A stretch of 64,000 bases of DNA. It comes from Chlorokybus atmophyticus. Taxonomy: Eukaryota; Plantae; Mesostigma and Chlorokybus algae. A program made the translations under genes and the position numbers. Below the pieces are notes generated by a model, which saw only the letters and a list, made by a program, of their open reading frames with translations, had not been told where the DNA came from and did not search any database. The stretch lies in contig RHPI01000810.1 of assembly GCA_009103225.1 (NCBI GenBank), positions 975,387 to 1,039,386 on the forward strand, written 5' to 3'. Of the stretch, positions 60,688 through 64,000 are shown in pieces. Each line of letters starts with the position of its first letter. Positions within the stretch are counted from its first letter, which is position 1.

Positions 60688-61994
60688 TTTGGTATTCACA
60701 ACGTATAATCTGTTATAAACACGACATTGACGGAATGAGATATGATGTATCACACGATTCAAGGGTGGGCATGCTGATCTGTCACAATGATAACATTGTT
60801 TTCTGATCAAAGCTTTGCGCACACGTCATTCTCATTACGCGCACGTACACATAGATGAATGAGTTGATGTGATTACGAACAAGTGTGAACATTTTATAAT
60901 CTTACAAATGTCAAGTTTACAAGTTTTATTGAGGCGTGTCATAATCACAATATGCGTGCCTCATAATCCAAGGCTTATTTAATCGTGTGTAGCTCCAAAG
61001 AACTTCCTAATGCGTGACAGTCACGCATAAAAAGGCCATTTTCAATAGGTGCACAGCTAAGGTGGTGCATTGCATGCCCTTGTTAAACGTGCCGCATAGG
61101 GCCTGATTCATGCTTCTCGCTTCTCAGGTCTGTACACCCCGGCCCACCGTGCGTCCGTACCCACTGTATCAGCCGGAGTATCTATGTATCTGTCGCGCGA
61201 ATAGTGGCGCGCTATCACGATTGAAGCGCGGCCGGTTCAGACAGAATCGGTCCCAAGGGACGACACGTGTTAGTGCAACCGTGGTCGTGGAGTTGAGTGA
61301 TTGAGCCGAATCTCGCCGTTGGTGGCACTCACTGGCACTGTGCCCATCGGAAAAAGGGTGAAGAACCGTGTGAACAGGAACGGGACTGGAGTCACAAGTT
61401 GGTAAGTTAGCGGCGCCGTTGAGCAAGCAGAGGCGCGGGCGGCGAAAACTTTTCCAAAACAAGGGGGCGAGGAGGCGCGCGACGATGACGACAACCACAG
61501 TGATGATGAGGCCGCGTACCAGCAGTGCAGGTGGTACACTCTGCTCTGTACACTGTGTACTGCCGCAGGGTACAACAGGTGACAAGTGCTACACGAACGG
61601 CTAGGAGAAGCAAACGAAAAGAAGCGTGCGTGTAAGATGTAAACGTGGCTGAATCCTATGCGTCGGTGTACCCCCGCGTGGCAGGGTCTGCGTAAGCGGA
61701 AGGGTCGCGCGCGCGCGCTCGCGATCGGTGCGAGGCTGGAGGACAGAGGTGGGGTTGCGGGCAAGACGGGCGGAGTGGCTGACGCCTGCCCTTACGGCGG
61801 TGGGGGCGGCGGTGTCGGCGGAGGGGGGAGCTGGGCTAGGGTTTGGGACTTTCGGCCCACGGCAGACGGGAACTCTGTATTCTCCGGTAGACGTGGTGGC
61901 CTCGTGCCGGGGCGCCGGCGGCGTCAGGGGCGGGGTCCCTGGGCGGGGCCCCCCCGCCGACCGGGGCGGCTGGGGGTGGGGTGAGGACAGGGGG

Positions 61995-64000
61995 ATGGCC
62001 GGCGCCGTTGGCGACGCGCTCAGCGGAGGAGGGGCTGCTGGAGGGGGCGGAGGAGCAGGAGGTATTGCTGTAGGAGGAGGAGGAGGAGGGGTAGGGTTGC
62101 CCGGGGATTCCTCGTCGGGAGCGGGGGTGGCTGCTGGGGTCGGCGGGGGCGTCGGGGCGTCTGCCAACACTGGTAGCAGCATGATAGGTAACAACGTGAT
62201 TCGCACGCTGTTTGTATCTGGGCTGCCGGCGGACGTGAAGGAGAGAGAAGTACACAACCTCTTTCGCTTCTTTCCGGGGTTTCTGGGCGCCCAGCTCACG
62301 CCCGCGCCCAAGGGCCACCCTTTGCCAGTCGCTTTTGCCACCTTCGCCCACCCGGCACACGCCCTCGCTGCTAAACAGGCCCTTCATGTGAGTTGCACAG
62401 GCAACACGCCGCGCCCAACACTAGGCGACGCATAAGAAACTTTCTTTGCTTTTTGGTCCCTTTCGGCTGCCCTCTTACATGCATGTGCTCTCCACCCCAC
62501 CGCTGTTGCTTCACATTTTGGGACGTGCTTGCTAAGTGCGCTGCAAGAAGAGTCAAGTTCAGTGCTGGTCACATGTGTTTTGTCTGTGATTTGTCCTCAC
62601 TTAGTTGTCTCCTTAGGGTCTGCGCTTTGACCTGGAGTCTGCGATGCAACTGCGCATAGAGTTGGCGCGCGCCAACTCCAAGCCCAAGCGTCCCCGCATG
62701 CCCTCCCGACCACCTGGTATACACTAAATTGAGATGCTGAAATGCTCCACATGTTTTTTGTCAAGCAGTTGGTAGTCTTGCAAGATGTTCACTATGAAAT
62801 ACGCGGTTGCTAGAACAATTATCTACATCTTCGGCATAGCATAACCAAGGTGTAGACAATTGATGTCGAGTTGGTTGTCAATGCTCAGACTGTTGCAATG
62901 GCTTCATTCTCCGTTGCAGATTGGTTGCACACGCCATGGTATGCACACTTGTGAGAGCATGCTCTGCATGTCCGTGCAGCAGTAGGTTTGAGTTTGTTCT
63001 GATGCTGCATGGCGCTGGCAGGGGAGGAGCCGTATGATGGTGGGGGTGTTGTTCTGGGCATGGATGCATTGACATCAGCACTGGCCGCGACGTCGTTCAT
63101 GGGGGGTGCTGGTGGGGAGATCGGCCGCAGCGGTGCGACCTCACCTCCATCATCCGCCACCGCAAGTTACACTACCCAGCAGCAGCCCCCTCCTTCACCC
63201 GCACGCACCCCAGGACCTGCACTCAGCGCGCCGCCCTCCCCCGCACCCTCCCCCGCAATCCCCACCTACTCGCACGACCTGCACGCGCTCTGGAACTCGC
63301 CAAGGTGAGAGTTGCCTATGGTGGTGCGTCACTCATGCACAGAAACAAGCTCGTGGGTTTCTGTCCTTTATTCACCAGCATTTTCATTTTGCAGCAGCGT
63401 TGATTCAAGCACATGTTCTTGTCAAGCTGGTGGTCATTGCACAGTCAGCCAGGCATTGCTGCATGATTTTTCCTGATTGGTACCTGCAACTCCTATTAAA
63501 GTCAGCATTGTTGACGATGATGCCCTCATCCTATGCCATGAGGTGTGCAAGGAGATTTTGCACAACACGCCTCAATTTGCTTTTTGATCCAGCATATACA
63601 CATCTTTGCAATCGCCTGTGTAGAGTTCAGAACAATTATCACTGTGACAGAGGTAGTGTCACGTTGGTTATGTCATACTGTCTTGTTGCATGTAGTGGCA
63701 TCACACCATTTGGTAGTATGGCATTGCTGAGAGGATACGTATTAGCGTCAGTGCTTGCAATCAGCGAGTAATGCCTACTGTCCCTCAACCAGTTGGTTGA
63801 CAAATTGTTGCTGGCTGTGCTGCAGCATTCTTGGCGGACGGTTCCCCTCGCAAGCCACGGACGGCAGCAGCGCGCTGTCGCCCCCGTCATATGCGGCTCC
63901 TAGTGGATCGATGCCGCAGTTGCTGTCCACCTCATCGCCACCTCCACTGCCGCTCCCCCCGACACCAACATCGTCCCAGCAGCGCCTGTCCCCGCATCCC
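61995..64000 (+). CDS. RBPMS/couch-potato/NSR-type RRM protein, 3'-incomplete; exons 61995-62387, 62617-62716, 63022-63304, 63826->64000
   Basis: IRTLFVSGLPADVKEREVHNLFRFFPGF...VAFATF...A.AAKQALH|GLRFDLES...LRIELARANSK; frame-consistent GT-AG junctions. Confidence 0.87.

Overview
Eukaryotic nuclear DNA, most likely from a green alga. This is an inference from compact GT-AG introns, GC-rich exons and plant-type gene families; the lack of an obvious TGTAA signal in the 3' regions weakly favours a streptophyte alga. The window has two sharply different halves. About 1-41.6 kb is a nested transposon island. Old remnants (Ty1/copia pol with its own LTR 'B', Ty3/gypsy pol, a second copia gag, CACTA- and hAT-like transposase pieces, an L1-like LINE, a DIRS/YR-like gag insertion) have been repeatedly invaded by one young 2.3-kb LTR element. 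That element encodes only Gag (261 aa, CCHC knuckle) and no protease, integrase, RT or RNase H. It occurs as 11 gag copies (4 intact) and about 19 LTR segments, with 5-bp TSDs, a half-tRNAiMet PBS, self-nesting, a tandem array and a fold-back rearrangement. Its LTR, and the LTR of the pol-bearing copia, each carry 11-12 TTGAC(C/T) W-box motifs just upstream of a TATA box. About 44.6-64 kb is TE-poor and holds five spliced host genes: TIA-1/UBP1-like 3xRRM, CID7-like PAM2-CUE-Smr, a coiled-coil/RhoGAP-like protein, a Tudor+SAM protein and an RBPMS/NSR-like RRM gene cut by the window end. Best candidate for an undescribed system: a gag-only satellite retrotransposon and its putative helper sharing a WRKY-type enhancer, plus a possible hairpin silencer locus. 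Limits: coordinates were counted by hand (a few bp error possible), protein families were called from remembered motifs without HMM/BLAST, and the assembly has an N gap and single-N homopolymer joins, so some duplications may be artefacts.
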